A stretch of DNA of 63,117 nucleotides, filler included, from Sphacelaria rigidula (lineage: Eukaryota): NCBI GenBank assembly GCA_964200075.2. It is 11 parts of 11 records of this genome, joined end to end, with 100 filler letters (N's around TTAATTAATTAA, not from the genome) between each part and the next. Parts side by side here need not be neighbours in the genome. Positions count along the whole stretch, not along the records: positions 1 to 5,647 come from CAXNAA020025580.1; positions 5,748 to 11,394 come from CAXNAA020025581.1; 9 more parts are not named here. One strand, given 5' to 3'. The notes under the pieces were generated by a model. That model did no database searches. It worked only from the letters and a program-made list of their open reading frames with translations, and was not told where the DNA came from. A program made the translations under genes and the position numbers. Each line of letters opens with the position of its first letter. Within the stretch, counting starts at the first letter, position 1. This document shows positions 1 through 11,494 of the stretch, in pieces.

Positions 1-289
1 GAACCCCTCTCGCGATGAAAAAAAAGGCAAGCACCGCAGAAGGAAGGTGGGGTATAAAAAACAAATAAAAAAGAAAAAGATCTTGTGTTGACTTTCCTCC
101 TGTAATGTTGTGTGGCCCCGGCTGATGCACCCACACACACCGAAAGGTGTAGACTGGTGCCCAGAATAAATGGGACGACAACACACTACACAACACACAT
201 TCAAACCCACTAGTGTTTATTGAAGCACCATCTTCCACGATTTTTTAATTCATTGCATACTTGAAGTTTCACCACTGTATGTGACGTGT

Positions 290-614
290 TCATGACGTTT
301 CACGTAACGTGTAACGTAACATAACGTTACGAGTAACGTGTAACGCATAATGCACATGTAACGTGTAATACGTTATACGTTACATGAAACGTTTCATATT
401 ACGTGATATGAACGTTTTGGGGCAATTTAACGTTCACGTTACGTTACGTATGTCACGTAAAAAAAAATTGCGTCACGTTAACGTTTCACTTGAAATTTTA
501 ACGTTACGTTCACGTTACGTTCATCACGTTAAAAAGATTTCACATTCGCGCTACGTTTCGGCCAAAGCGTAACGTGAACGTAACGTGTAACGCTGTGGCA
601 CGTGTAGACCCCTG
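290..614. repeat. ACGT/AACGTT/TAACG-rich low-complexity element, possibly a truncated hAT-like non-autonomous transposon
   Basis: Dense array of ACGT-containing words (cacgtaacgtgtaacgtaac...acgttacgttcacgttacgt). It ends in GTAGACCCCTG, the reverse complement of CAGGGGTCTAC, which is a hAT-like terminus. No matching left terminus was seen. Confidence 0.5.
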
Positions 615-2992
615 GAATTTTGTAAAGATTCGTTGACGGCGAGGGTAGGTCACCTGGTGAATCGGCATCAATATTCACTTGAAAAAAGTATCAGAAATGC
701 AAATGGACTACCTGCTCCGCAGTCGATGGGTTACAGTTCCGCCACATTTCGATCCTCCACTTACAAGAGATGCACTCAAGGTGATTACTGGGTTCCCTCG
801 TTCCCTCTATCCTGTTCCACAATACTCGTAAAAGCAGCGCTCGTGATGTTTCCATATGGCTCAGTGAGCGCAGAAGGGAGCGGGGTGAGTGTGTGGAAAT
901 AGAGTGAAGGGGTGTGTGTACAAGCGCCGCCCCCACTGCAGCATAAGGCGGCTGCGGCACCCGATCACGTCTTCGTCCGTCACTTCATGCGATAACCACT
1001 ACGCTTACTGGTAGCATAAAACTCTTGTAGGAGTCATCAACCTGATTTATGTTCCCCCCTGCCTCTCTGTTGCTCGCTGATGCCGTACTGCCGCCGCCTG
1101 TATACTTGCAGAAACCTTCCTTTGAGCGCAGGGCCGAAGGTTATGGCATATAAAGACAGAGTGCAATGACCGTTGCGCAGGGTCTTGCCTTGTGGCCTTG
1201 TGGCCGGTGAAGCACACGGGGTGTATCTGTCACTTCAGTACTATACAGACAGTGACTGTACTGAAGATCCGAATATTTGAACAACGCTAGTATATCGACA
1301 GTTACAGCACAACAACAGCGTTGTCGTCTGTTCTCCCTGCATAAAGAAGGTTTGGGATGACAGTTTGCCTACAGTACTGTTGTACACTGGCCTATGTACG
1401 ATGGATACTGGCACCGCGCGATGCATGCGGCAGTGCAAATAGAGATGATGAGCGATGGTGAACCCACAGCCGCTGGCCGGAGACCATAGTTCGCCCATGT
1501 CTACTCGAGCACTCTGTCGTGCGACCAAGCGTTGACGGTGAACCACTGAGGGTCGCCTTTGGAGAATACAGGGTAGAATCGGGTTACTGACTGAGCATCA
1601 CATCTGTACATGCAGCTGTCCACATCTATCCGCGTGCGGATCCCCAAATTCGCTTCGCGCGCGTGTGGTGTTGCGCGTGTTTGGTGGGTTGGAGTGTGAT
1701 GGAAAGCTCTCAGATAGATAAACATGGCTTAGGGCCGGTCGGTATCTTTGTTTTTGTCGGTTTGTGGGATGTGACCCCATCATTATGTGTTATTTGCAAC
1801 GTCCTCGTGGGTGCATAAATATTTCCCCGCATTTTCGTCCTGGAGAGGCATCTACTGTATCTGGATCTGGGATATGGAAAAAACAAATAACAAAGAACAA
1901 CATATGAAGAAGAAAAAGAACGGAAATGACACAAGAACTACTCTGGGTGCATCCTCAGACTCTTCCCCCCCCAAAAAAACTGCGCTGAATGCTGTTTGTG
2001 GGTCATCCATCGTGATCCACAACCTATTCGTAACGAAAAGATCATGTTCACCATTTCCGAGAAGCGGGGTAAATGTGAGGGTGGCTTTTTCTGTGCCGTA
2101 TCTTGACTGGAATGTATTTTGTGTCGGTTGGCTTGGCACCTCCGCCCTACGTCCCCCCCCCCAACCGTGCCACTCACTTATTACATCAGCCGCAGTACGT
2201 CACCGGACAAACTGTACTATCACGTACAGCAGCCGGTAAGTTCATCGTCATCGTTTTGCTCTGTTGGTTCTGCGCTGTAGTAGTATAAAACACTGTCGCG
2301 TATCCCAATGATGTCGGCTGCTGTTACAAAGCAATATCAGGCTCTTGAGGTGAGAAGTTGGCGCGTTTGTATGTATTCATCAATGTTGCTGTAGAAACTG
2401 ATGGTGAACGCGCCGCAATCTGCGTACGTATGGGTACACGCCACCAGAGGGAATCCATCATTCTTTCGTCGCCCCGACAGAAGTATCTCAAACTCGAGGT
2501 TCACGGTATATTTGGTAGTGAGTTGTATAGTGAGTTGCTGCTGAATATACTACATCCACGTAGCTTGCGCAGAACGCCCTCGTTCTCTTCAAATCGGCGC
2601 TGCAAGCGCTGATTTGAGGACTGCCAGCACATTCTTTACCCGCAGCACTCCTCGCACTGTAGCAGAGGCTACAGCACCCCCCTTTCCGAAGGGTTCTCGA
2701 TAGGCCTTGGGTTAAGGTGAAACCTTCGATTGCGAGCACAGTTCATACGTTGAATCAGCGTCAATGTCTCTGGGCGAGTTGCTGTTTTACCAGGTAACCT
2801 ACCCTCCCTCACGGCCAAAGCGTCAGCGTCAGCGTTGTTTGGTGTCATAAATTTTCGAGAACGTTATTTCATCGTTGCAAAAGGACGAATGCCTGTCTAT
2901 GTTCTACTGTATGTTCCTTGGCTAGCAGTGCTGGGCGTGAGAGGGTGGAGCGACCATTGTATAACTTAATTGTAAACTGCCGCGATCGGTGT

Positions 2993-3203
2993 TGTAATAC
3001 GTGAGAGGACCGCGTACTTGGAGGACCGCATCGGAATTTGAACATCCCGATGGTTAGGGTTAGGGTTAGGGTCAGTGTTGGGGTTGTGGTCAGGGGCGTG
3101 GTACCTGCAGGGACTGGCCCGATTGGTTTTGAAAAACGTCGATGCTGAGGTCTTTTGCACTACGGCGCGGTCCTCTAAGCACACGGTCCTCTCACGCATT
3201 ACA
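2993..3203. mobile_element. MITE family A (TGT...ACA TIRs, internal TTAGGG-like tract), full-length copy
   Basis: TIRs TGTAATaCGTGAGAGGACCGCGT.../...CGGTCCTCTCACGCATTACA. 5-bp TSD GGTGT at 2988-2992 and 3204-3208. Internal ggttagggttagggttagggtc. Confidence 0.9.
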
Positions 3204-3366
3204 GGTGTTACAGCGTAAAATATGATCATCTCATCAATGACTAGCCCGCATTTCCACGTGTTGCGGAACAATGCCTCGTTCGCCCACTTGGTTGAATACC
3301 CTATCGTTCGCACGACTACAGCTAAGGCACCGCGGCTCTACAGCAACTGCTCTTCGTGTGCGTGTA

Positions 3367-3467
3367 TGTAATGCGTGAGAGGACCGCGTGCTTAGAGGAC
3401 CGCGCCGTGGTTCAAAACACCTCAGGATCGACGTTTTTCAAAACCAATCGTCCTCTCACGCATTACA
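3367..3467. mobile_element. MITE family A, internally deleted copy
   Basis: TGTAATGCGTGAGAGGACC...TCCTCTCACGCATTACA with 5-bp TSD GTGTA (3362-3366 and 3468-3472). The telomere-like core is absent. Confidence 0.9.
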
Positions 3468-4149
3468 GTGTACACGAAGGTGAAGACAGTCCTCCGCGGG
3501 GCCATACGTAATGCAGAAGGCAGGGGCCGAGTCATGCTTTGATAAGGGGAGGGGGTGTTCGATTCCACGAAAAAATGAGCTCATGGATGCGCCAAACGAC
3601 TTAGAACACTCCCGATGCGCCCATCTATACCTGCGTAGAGTCGAGCAAAGATATCAGATATCCCAGCAGCGATCAGCTTCCATCTATGGGTCGCTGCGCT
3701 CGCCATTCCATTCGAGATATTTTGTGTTTTGACATCCCCGGCGATCCCCCATGTTGACGAAAAGCATACGCGAACATGTGATCGGTGTACATGGGAAACA
3801 CTCAATATTACGAGTGCGAAAGGAGCAGGATCGAATCCTCGGGCCAACTCTTGCGGGAGACTCTCGAGATCAACATCGCGTCCGATTTCGGACGATCGGC
3901 GAAGAAACCCGACCCCTTGAAAAAAATCGATGACAGTTTTGAACGGACGTTCTTTGTACCATATTGAAAAAGCATCAGGTGGCGTTCCATGACCACTAAT
4001 GGGCACCCTACTTTGAGCTCCCAACCAAAATTGAGGAGCTGTTCACAATCGGTCAAGGAACATTGATTTATTCATGGGATATCTCATAAAATGTCGCGCT
4101 GCAGCACCAATACACTCACGCCCTGTCTCACATACTGCAGCTGCCGTTG

Positions 4150-4630
4150 CACCGTGGTACTGTGTTGAAGCCTTGCGGAGACAGCTTGGTCTTCACTGGG
4201 ATTGTCTGAGCCGCTGTGCTTTGGTGGCGTTCCGCTCTGCACAAGATAGTTTTAGTCGGCACACAGGGCTGCCTCGTCATGCTGTGTTTGTTTAATGTGT
4301 CATTCGGAACGAACGAGGCGCTTCGTGCCCAAGCCTAGCATTCTTGTGCTGCAGCGGACGCTTTTCAGTAGTGTGGTGTGTTTGAACCCTGCGAAGAAAG
4401 TATGATCTGCGCTGGGATTGCCCGACCTGCTATATTGTCGTGTCCCGGTCGGCACAAACATTTTGGTCGGCACGGAGCGCTGTCTACAATACATAGTTGT
4501 TCAAAGGCCATGGTGTGTCGGCTGTTGTTGTCTGCAGTGAGACGAAGATGGCCCTTCGTGTGGTTGTTGCTGAGTTGCGGTGCGTTCGAACCCTTCGAGC
4601 ACGGTTTGATCTGCGCTGGAGATTACCTGC
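4150..4630. repeat. Degenerate ~210-bp-period repeat (3 units)
   Basis: Related words at ~4153 (gtggtactgtgttgaagccttgcg...cactggga), ~4372 (gtggtgtgtttgaaccctgcg...gatctgcgctggga) and ~4577 (gcggtgcgttcgaacccttcg...gatctgcgctggag). Confidence 0.4.
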
Positions 4631-5126
4631 GCTGCTGTGCCGCTGCTGTATTGATGTATGTACCTAATCAATTGAGGCGGGAACAATGTGACGTCTATAA
4701 AAGCCTGAGGAGGTCACGGGGTGGTCGTGTGTGCAGCCCCTGTTTTTCGAGTGCTGATGTACAAGTGAAAAACTCGTATATCACGTAAACTTCATTAGTG
4801 CAACTCTGTTGCTGTGCCATTTCACATGGCTTTTTGTCCCCGCTCAGAACCGCGGTAGATTAAGAGGCGATCAAAACCAACATTTTGACACTGAACGACC
4901 CCCGTGAGAGTTGGTCTTACTAAAGCACCTGGGCAAGTTTCACGGTACACCTGCGTGTGCTGTGCAGCGTATCCACTCTCGGCGCTACATCGCCGTAATA
5001 ATTGCTTTCACCAGTACTTGGATTCCCTACAACAGATCCGCGTTCCCTCTTGTCCCATGAATTGTCGATCTCGCGCGTTGATTTCTTACAAGGCTGATTT
5101 TTTTTTCACATCGCAACAGGGCCAAG

Positions 5127-5271
5127 ATGAAGCAAGCTTCCATGAGGACATTGCTAGCAGCCATGTTCATCGCAGCTGCCTCCGCACAGCTTACCTTTTC
5201 TGAACAAAGGTCTGCGACTGACGGCGGAGCGGTAACGACGCCGATCGCAGAAGGGGACGCGCGACTTACAG
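5127..5271 (+). CDS. Exon 1 of a putative secreted protein (signal peptide)
   Basis: MKQASMRTLLAAMFIAAASA|QLTF... has a basic, hydrophobic, ASA-type signal-peptide pattern. Strong phase-1 donor G|GTGAGT at 5271/5272. Confidence 0.65.
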
Positions 5272-5429
5272 GTGAGTTCACGCAGGCATTGAATGACAGA
5301 TCGTTTCAAGAACTCGTGCAGGTGGAGCGTGCACCCTGCAGCACGAAGCGCATCAAATCTGTCCTACGAGTCCCGCTTTAGCGATGCACAACGTTCTGAA
5401 CCACACACGCCGTTTTCTACTTGTTGCAG

Positions 5430-5524
5430 TTGCGGAAACGGTGACGTTTGCGACACTGGACTGCCCGACCCTGGCCACGCTTGCGGACGCGGAGAGTTTG
5501 ACAATCCCTGTCAGTGCCGCCGAG
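5430..5524 (+). CDS. Exon 2 of the same putative secreted protein (gene truncated by the contig end)
   Basis: Acceptor ttttctacttgttgcAG at 5428-5429 is phase-compatible with exon 1 and gives VAETVTFATLDCPTLATLADAESLTIPVSAAE. Donor GAG|GTTAGT at 5524/5525. Confidence 0.6.
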
Positions 5525-5590
5525 GTTAGTCACGTGAAGCAGGTGGTTGTATTGAAGAATGCTGTATGCAAATATTGGTGATCCGCGTGT

Positions 5591-5647
5591 TACAGACAAT
5601 TCTATAAATGAGGTTCATCAATGAAATGAGGTTCGAGCCCAAAACAG
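5591..5647. mobile_element. Terminus of foldback family B element (contig ends inside it)
   Basis: acagacaattctataaatgaggttcatcaatgaaatgaggttcgagcccaaaacag is nearly identical to the left end of the element at 44276. Confidence 0.8.
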
Positions 5648-5747
5648 NNNNNNNNNNNNNNNNNNNNNNNNNNNNNNNNNNNNNNNNNNNNTTAATTAAT
5701 TAANNNNNNNNNNNNNNNNNNNNNNNNNNNNNNNNNNNNNNNNNNNN
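5648..5747. other. Artificial contig spacer N44-TTAATTAATTAA-N44 (also at 11395-11494, 17142-17241, 22889-22988, 28636-28735, 34383-34482, 40130-40229, 45877-45976, 51624-51723, 57371-57470)
   Basis: Identical 100-bp linker containing stops in all six frames, repeated every 5,747 bp. Confidence 0.99.
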
Positions 5748-5824
5748 ATCCGGCTACACGCTTTTCCATCTCCACCCTGCTCTCCTCGGCGGCGCTGGTA
5801 CCCTTGGTTTGGAACTTTCTACGC

Positions 5825-6054
5825 TTAGTACGGTGCTCAATGATTTGCTCCCCGGTCCCCGCCATCCCTAGCAGCCGTCACTGGTATGCAGAGTTTCTTG
5901 TTATCCCGTTTACGTGCACGTAGTCGGCTGGTCTCCTCTTTAGTACGGTGCTCAATGATTTGCTCCCCGGCCCCCGCCATCCCTAGCAGCCGTCACTGGT
6001 ATGCAGAGTTTCTTGTTATCCCGTTTACGTGCACGTAGTCGGCTGGTCTCCTCT
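5825..6054. repeat. 115-bp tandem duplication
   Basis: ttagtacggtgctcaatgatttgctcc...ggtctcctct occurs at 5825-5939 and 5940-6054, nearly identical. Confidence 0.9.
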
Positions 6055-6870
6055 TCGTGCTTGCGCCATGGCGTTATCAACTTCTCCGCTCCCCGCAGCA
6101 ACCACGCATTCGACGGCATACCCCCCTTCTTCGCTCCTGTAGTCCAGGGAAGGATGTCAATCCCGAACGATGGTCCATTGTTGTCCGTAGAGCGCCTGTG
6201 GCTGCCAGCGATTGGAGATGGCTCTGCATGTACTTCAGCCAGTACTGCTGCGCGCACGCTATTCCTCTACTCGTATCCCCCGCCCCCCCTACACACAATT
6301 GTTCCGAATGCTGGTGGCTTCGAGATCCCGTTGTGTAGCCAAGGCTCCCCCGAACAGCAGTGGTCGTTGCCGGACGATGGCTTCTGTAATGCGGGAGAGG
6401 ACCGCGCCGTAGTTCGATGTTTTTCAAAACCAATCGGGCCAGTCCCTGCAGGTACCACACCCCTGACCATAACCCCGACACTAACCCACCCTAACCCTAA
6501 CCATAGGGATGTTCAAATTCCGATGCGGTTCTCACGCGGTCCCATCACTCATAACAGCTTCAGCACTTTGGCGTCCGGTATCTTGAGGGCCTGTGTGTGG
6601 GAAAACTGTCGGTAGGAGCTACGCACGCGGTTGTACCCGATATGTTGCAGAATGGGCCGGTGGTGTGTCCTTGTCAGCAACCGGTCGTGCTCATGGCGCA
6701 GTAGAGCTTCCATTGCCCCTGCTTTCAGGAGTCTGAGCTGGAGCCACTGTGCTCTGTTCGGCGTGCTCGGAAACAATGAACGACGCGCATTACGAACTAT
6801 CCTACCGTCTTCGCTGTCTGTACACAGTAGGAAGTAGGATTTGAACAGTGTGCAGTGCAGACAACACCGT
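5950..6870 (-). pseudogene. Decayed LINE (RTE-like) ORF2 C-terminal remnant, interrupted by MITE family A
   Basis: Minus-strand peptides LRLLKAGAMEALL, HDRLLTRTHHRPILQHIG, EAIVRQRPLLFGGALA and WTTGAKK...GAEKLITPWRKHEEETSRLR resemble the post-RT region of RTE-type elements. Multiple frameshifts. Confidence 0.6.
6385..6556. mobile_element. MITE family A, diverged copy
   Basis: TGTAATGCGGGAGAGGACCGC...CACTCATAACA with 5-bp TSD GCTTC (6380-6384 and 6557-6561). Internal ccctaaccctaacc. Confidence 0.85.
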
Positions 6871-8560
6871 GATATCTGTACTCTCAGGATATGGTAGGGT
6901 GTAGATGACAGATTGCATACAGCAGTGCACCCGGTCTGCAAACAATATCAAAGAATGACGGCTCCCCCGTGGATGACTATAAAATACGCTTGTTTTCTGG
7001 TCATAACTGATTCATCGTCATTTAGTGCCGTTTATAATTGACAATGCTCTCCAGCGAGGAGGCGTCACCCCATTTGATTTTTGGCTCGACAGCGAACAAA
7101 ACGGACCTTTTGCTTGTCCTTTGGCGATTTGGATCATGTCGCACATTTGTCTGGCCTGAGGTGAAAACCTGTGCGCTTCAAAATTGGCATGTGTGATAAG
7201 TCACCTTGCAGGATTTGTGCTTTTCCATTTTTTCACTCCAGCTCGTGCGGAACAGCAACAGCGCAAGTCCTTCCACAAGCCTTGCCTGGGGTTAGTATGC
7301 GTACCCGACGGTTCTGTCAGTTCTGGAAGCCTTCCATACCCGTATCCGGGGCATCACTTTACCCTTATAGAAATGCCCGGGTGAGGATGCGGTTTTTCCT
7401 GCGGTGTTCATATACGTACTCGACAGGTCTGTGAGATTCTCATACACACACCTGACCGTTGTAATAGGTTCTGTGAATCTTCTATACCTTTACACGGAGT
7501 GCGGTCATGCCCTTCAAGAAAAACCCGTTGCAGGTACGAGAACGGGTATATAACCTTGGGGTATATGGGGGTAGGATCAGTCTCGACACAATCTGACGTA
7601 ATGGTGACACGACCATCAAACGAATTTTTCCCTGCGGCGGCAATCTTCGACAAAAAATACAGAAAACTAGTCACATCTATGCATGTGCGAATCGATTTTG
7701 ACGGGAGGGACTCAGCGGACCTACAACGGTAGTAGTGTGTTCAGTGTTACAAATACTTCAGTATGAGATCGACATTCTGAACAAATCATATGGTTTAGTA
7801 TGCGATACAACATACTTTTTTTGGAGGATATTCTCCCCGAGGTGGCTGGTTCCTTCACCGACGACTACCAGGGGTTTCACCGTTCATTACCGTAATGCTT
7901 GGATGCCGTGGTAGACGCCAAAATGAAAAAGGCGTCCCGAAGAGAGTCTTGGTTTTTATTTTCTGTACCTCTCATTAGTTCGTATCTCTCACCTTTTACA
8001 TTGATGCTTATCGTGTTCATCATCGCGCTATATTTTTTGCTATCCGATTATTTTATCATTTGGTCGAATTGTTTTCCCTTTATCCAAGACATGATACATC
8101 GACCCAAAACCCACCCAACCCCGAATACCCTAGTTGTCTCCCCCTTGTCCCAAGCTCTTTTCTTCTCGTTTTCTCCTTCATTTGCCGCTCGTGTACAGAT
8201 GTTCATTACTTGATATTTTTCTCTTTCGTTGTCTTGTTTTACAGATGTTTTCACTTTCTTCGTTCATTTTTATTCCATTTGTGTTTTTCTCGTTCTGCAC
8301 CAACCTATCGGAATACGTGAAACAGTGTTTTCGTGAGATTAAGAGTAATCCGTGAATGAATCGTTTCAGTTCCGAAATGCACGTCCACGGAGCCCAACAC
8401 GATTTCTGCAATAGCTGGCCACTGAGGAAGAGCACACGTGGAATGAACAAAACTCACTTGAAGCGAACGATCGAAGCCACTCTCGATCGTCTCATCTACT
8501 GTCAATCTCACGAAAACACTGTTGTGAGTCGTACGCTTTCCCCCGCCGTCCGGTGCCGTA

Positions 8561-8622
8561 GATGCACGGTCCATGGTTAAGCGACTAAGCCAAGCAAATA
8601 ATGAGTACGTCCTTCCCCCCCC
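8561..8622 (-). mobile_element. Poly-G-anchored short element, subfamily G1 (diverged)
   Basis: cgactaagccaagcaaataatgagtacgtccttcccccccc is the reverse complement of the GGGGCGTACTCATTTGTTGCTTGCCTTAGTC motif. Confidence 0.65.
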
Positions 8623-8878
8623 GTCAGGGGCGAAATGTGAACTATTGAAGAAGGACTGGACGTGCTAGAGGCGATATGCGGGAAGTGAACGAGGGTGTCA
8701 TGAAATTGCTTGTATGACTCGGACAGTAGGGAGACCACGATGGCCATGCTGGGAGATGAATATTGGTCTCGAAACGGGAGACAGGACGGGGGTAAAACAT
8801 GTAAATGGTTGTCGTAGAATGTGTGGAAGAAAGGTAATGAGCACCAAACATTGACGATGTCTACGAGGAGTAGGAACG

Positions 8879-8957
8879 GTGCTCCGTCTCGGATGAGTCG
8901 CGCGGTCAATGATCTAACGACTGAGGCGAGCACCAAATGAGTACGCCCCCCCACCCC
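8879..8957 (-). mobile_element. Poly-G-anchored short element, subfamily G1
   Basis: gtgctccgtctc...cgcggtcaatgatctaacgactgaggcgagcaccaaatgagtacgccccccc. Confidence 0.7.
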
Positions 8958-10601
8958 TCTGAGAGGTCTAAGCCAGAAACAGGGGAACGCAGGTATACGA
9001 GATTTGTTTCGCGTGGGCCCGTTAGTATACCCCTGTAGAAATACCAACGTGCGCTTACGGTTGTTGACCAACATGAATGCCCTACCCAAGAGGTTTTATG
9101 TGTTCTGTAAACCTTCCAAATCGGTACCCGACAGGTCTGAAAGTGCTGTGAGGAATCTCATACCCCACGCAGCGTACACGTGCCCTACCGAGTATATCTT
9201 GGCATTTTTGCCCCAGCAGGAGCACCGTGAAGTATAAAATAGGTGGATACAAAGTCGATAGCACGTCCTCGTTTTCAATTTGTTTCAGCTCTCGAAGCCC
9301 ACTTCACTTGTTTTTCACACGGGCTGTCCGTTGTTGAAACAAATCAGAAACTTACAAAGTTGCGACATTGTCCTCATACCTGAGCACCACACGAATTGTT
9401 TGGAAACCACTTGGCAACCTGCGTCGAGCAGTGAAATACAAAGGGTGACATACCTGCGTAATAACTGGACGTAGCTGTAGTGTCGAAGCCCACAAAAATG
9501 AAGCAAGGATTGATGAGATCGTACGGTGAACAGTTTGGGAAACGTTTGTACATTTGCGTCACTGTAGCTCTTGTCGGTGTGTATTTCACGTTAAACCCTA
9601 ACTGCTGAGAGTAAAGTATGCCCGTCTTCGAGAGGTGTCCATTTGGTGAAGATGTTGATCGCTTGTGGCATATATGTTCATTATCCACAAGGTAGACGTA
9701 CCCAGGGTACGAGCCGGGCCAGCCTAGACACGGATTCAAGCTCTCAAAGCAATATCTCGTCGATACGGACGAATTGGGCCATGATCCGCATATTGTATTA
9801 ATCGTCTAACCAAGGGGAAGCTATCTGCTCAAAATTGTGGGCCCATATTTTCTCGATGATTAAAACCATATTTCTAGTAATTCCTATACCTAAGGGAGAT
9901 AGCGTCCACACTAAAATCCCGCGATCGATGCATTCAGCGGATGACGGCGAATTTTGGTATGGACATTCTTTGGAGCACGGGGATACGATGGATACCCTCG
10001 CCTTCACCTCATTCGTAATCTATCTCGAAATATGGCGCATCTAAGTTTTCATACGAAAATCAGTGTATCACGACCATATGCGAATAGCTAAACCGGGATA
10101 TTGCGTCTCAGGTTCTGAGAGTCATGCTATAAAATTTCGAATGCAGAACCGGTAGTGCATAATAAAGCTTATAAACTCAGCTATGTCATTTTTGTTCGTT
10201 TTTTTGGTTGCAATTTTTTCGGGTTTTTGGGGCAGTTTTGAGGAGAAGCGAACAATGCTTTTGGGCCTCATATAATATTTTTCGTTCAATTTTTAGAATT
10301 GTAATTTGAAACTCAGCATGAAGAACCACAGAGGTATGCTACATGAAAAAAAAAAATGGGCTCTCATTTTTTTGGGGGGGGGAGAAGTTCGGGCGCGTTT
10401 TCGTAAAATAATGACGGTTTCCATACTAAAACGCCCTACACCGGTAAAAAAAAAGGAAGAAATCAACCTGACCCACGTTCTTTCGTCAATGATACCCTAG
10501 CCACGGCCCACACAAGGTTTCAACACACGAACAGCGAACGTGGGCCGGTAAGTGGCCTGCAAAATACTGTTCCAAATTTGTTTTGACCCAGTCACTAAAC
10601 T

Positions 10602-10871
10602 GTCCATTGTACGGGCAATATTTAGAGTTGGACACTGAAATTTGGTATGGACAATGAACAGGCCATACTAAAAAAATTACCAGTGCTCACAAGGTTTTTT
10701 TTCGCATCATGAATTCAGGGCAATAATCAGCTTCCAAGTATCGGTAAACTGCCCTGAACTCATGGAAAAAAACAAAACTTGCACTACGAGTAGTATTTTT
10801 TTTCATCATGCCCTTTCATTGTCCATACCATATTTCAGGGTCCAACTCAAAATATTAGCCGTATAATGGGC
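10602..10871. mobile_element. Foldback MITE (~270 bp, largely palindromic)
   Basis: ccattgtacgggcaatatttagagttggacactgaaatttggtatggacaatgaa pairs with ttcattgtccataccatatttcagggtccaactcaaaatattagccgtataatgg. Inner arms catgaattcagggca/tgccctgaactcatg. Possible 2-bp CT TSD. Confidence 0.75.
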
Positions 10872-11338
10872 CTGCAAACTACAGAATCGCTTCTCGGCTG
10901 GCGCAGTTCGTACACAAATTGGATCGCTCTCTGCCGCAGAGTCGAAGTGGTGAACAAAAAAACGTGGATCTAGTGAACGGAGCAAATTGTAGACCGAAAG
11001 CATACAATCATGCAAGAACGAAAGCAAAGCAGAGAATCAAAAGGAAATGAGGGGAGAAAGAACAGTCTCGGAGAAGAGAGTGAGAAATGCAGCAAAATGA
11101 GTTGATCGAAGGAGCACTGGGAATGGCGGCCACCTAAATCATGGCGTCAGGTGAAATACGCCGTGCTCAACAAGCACATACCCTCTCAAGACTAAATTGC
11201 TAACCTGCTCCACATCTTGGTTCATGTAGACACTTCAACACGTTCACAGGTGTATTATCATCTACCGAGCTTTTCTTGACAACGTCTCATCGTGCAGAGA
11301 AATACCACGTTTGAGAAACACCCCCCCTCCCCCACTGT

Positions 11339-11394
11339 GTGCTCCGTCTCGAAAGGGATGCGTGATCGATGGTCAAATGACTAAGGCAAGCAAC
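11339..11394 (-). mobile_element. Poly-G-anchored short element G1 (cut by contig end)
   Basis: gtgctccgtctcgaaagggatgcgtgatcgatggtcaaatgactaaggcaagcaac matches the reverse complement of 22989-23050. Confidence 0.75.
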
Positions 11395-11494
11395 NNNNNN
11401 NNNNNNNNNNNNNNNNNNNNNNNNNNNNNNNNNNNNNNTTAATTAATTAANNNNNNNNNNNNNNNNNNNNNNNNNNNNNNNNNNNNNNNNNNNN

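Noticed and set aside
384..572. 62-aa ORF
   Set aside because: It is a translation of the ACGT-rich low-complexity element.
780..2800. Several small candidate exons (e.g. 2196-2235 ending GTAAGT; a donor at ~2794)
   Set aside because: Splice-like signals exist, but I could not assemble a consistent frame or a recognisable peptide.
3052..3075. True telomere
   Set aside because: The TTAGGG tract is short, degenerate and enclosed by TIRs and a TSD.
3560..4060. Possible endogenous viral (phaeovirus-like) gene remnant; similar impression at 53050-53940
   Set aside because: Only coding-like composition with many stops and no recognisable motif. A translated search would be needed.
5692..5703. 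TTAATTAATTAA as a biological repeat or piggyBac site
   Set aside because: It is embedded in N-runs at an exact period and is an artificial six-frame-stop linker.
9250..10060. Possible decayed Gypsy integrase on the minus strand
   Set aside because: Only faint motifs (LGFNVKYTPT), too degraded to support a call.
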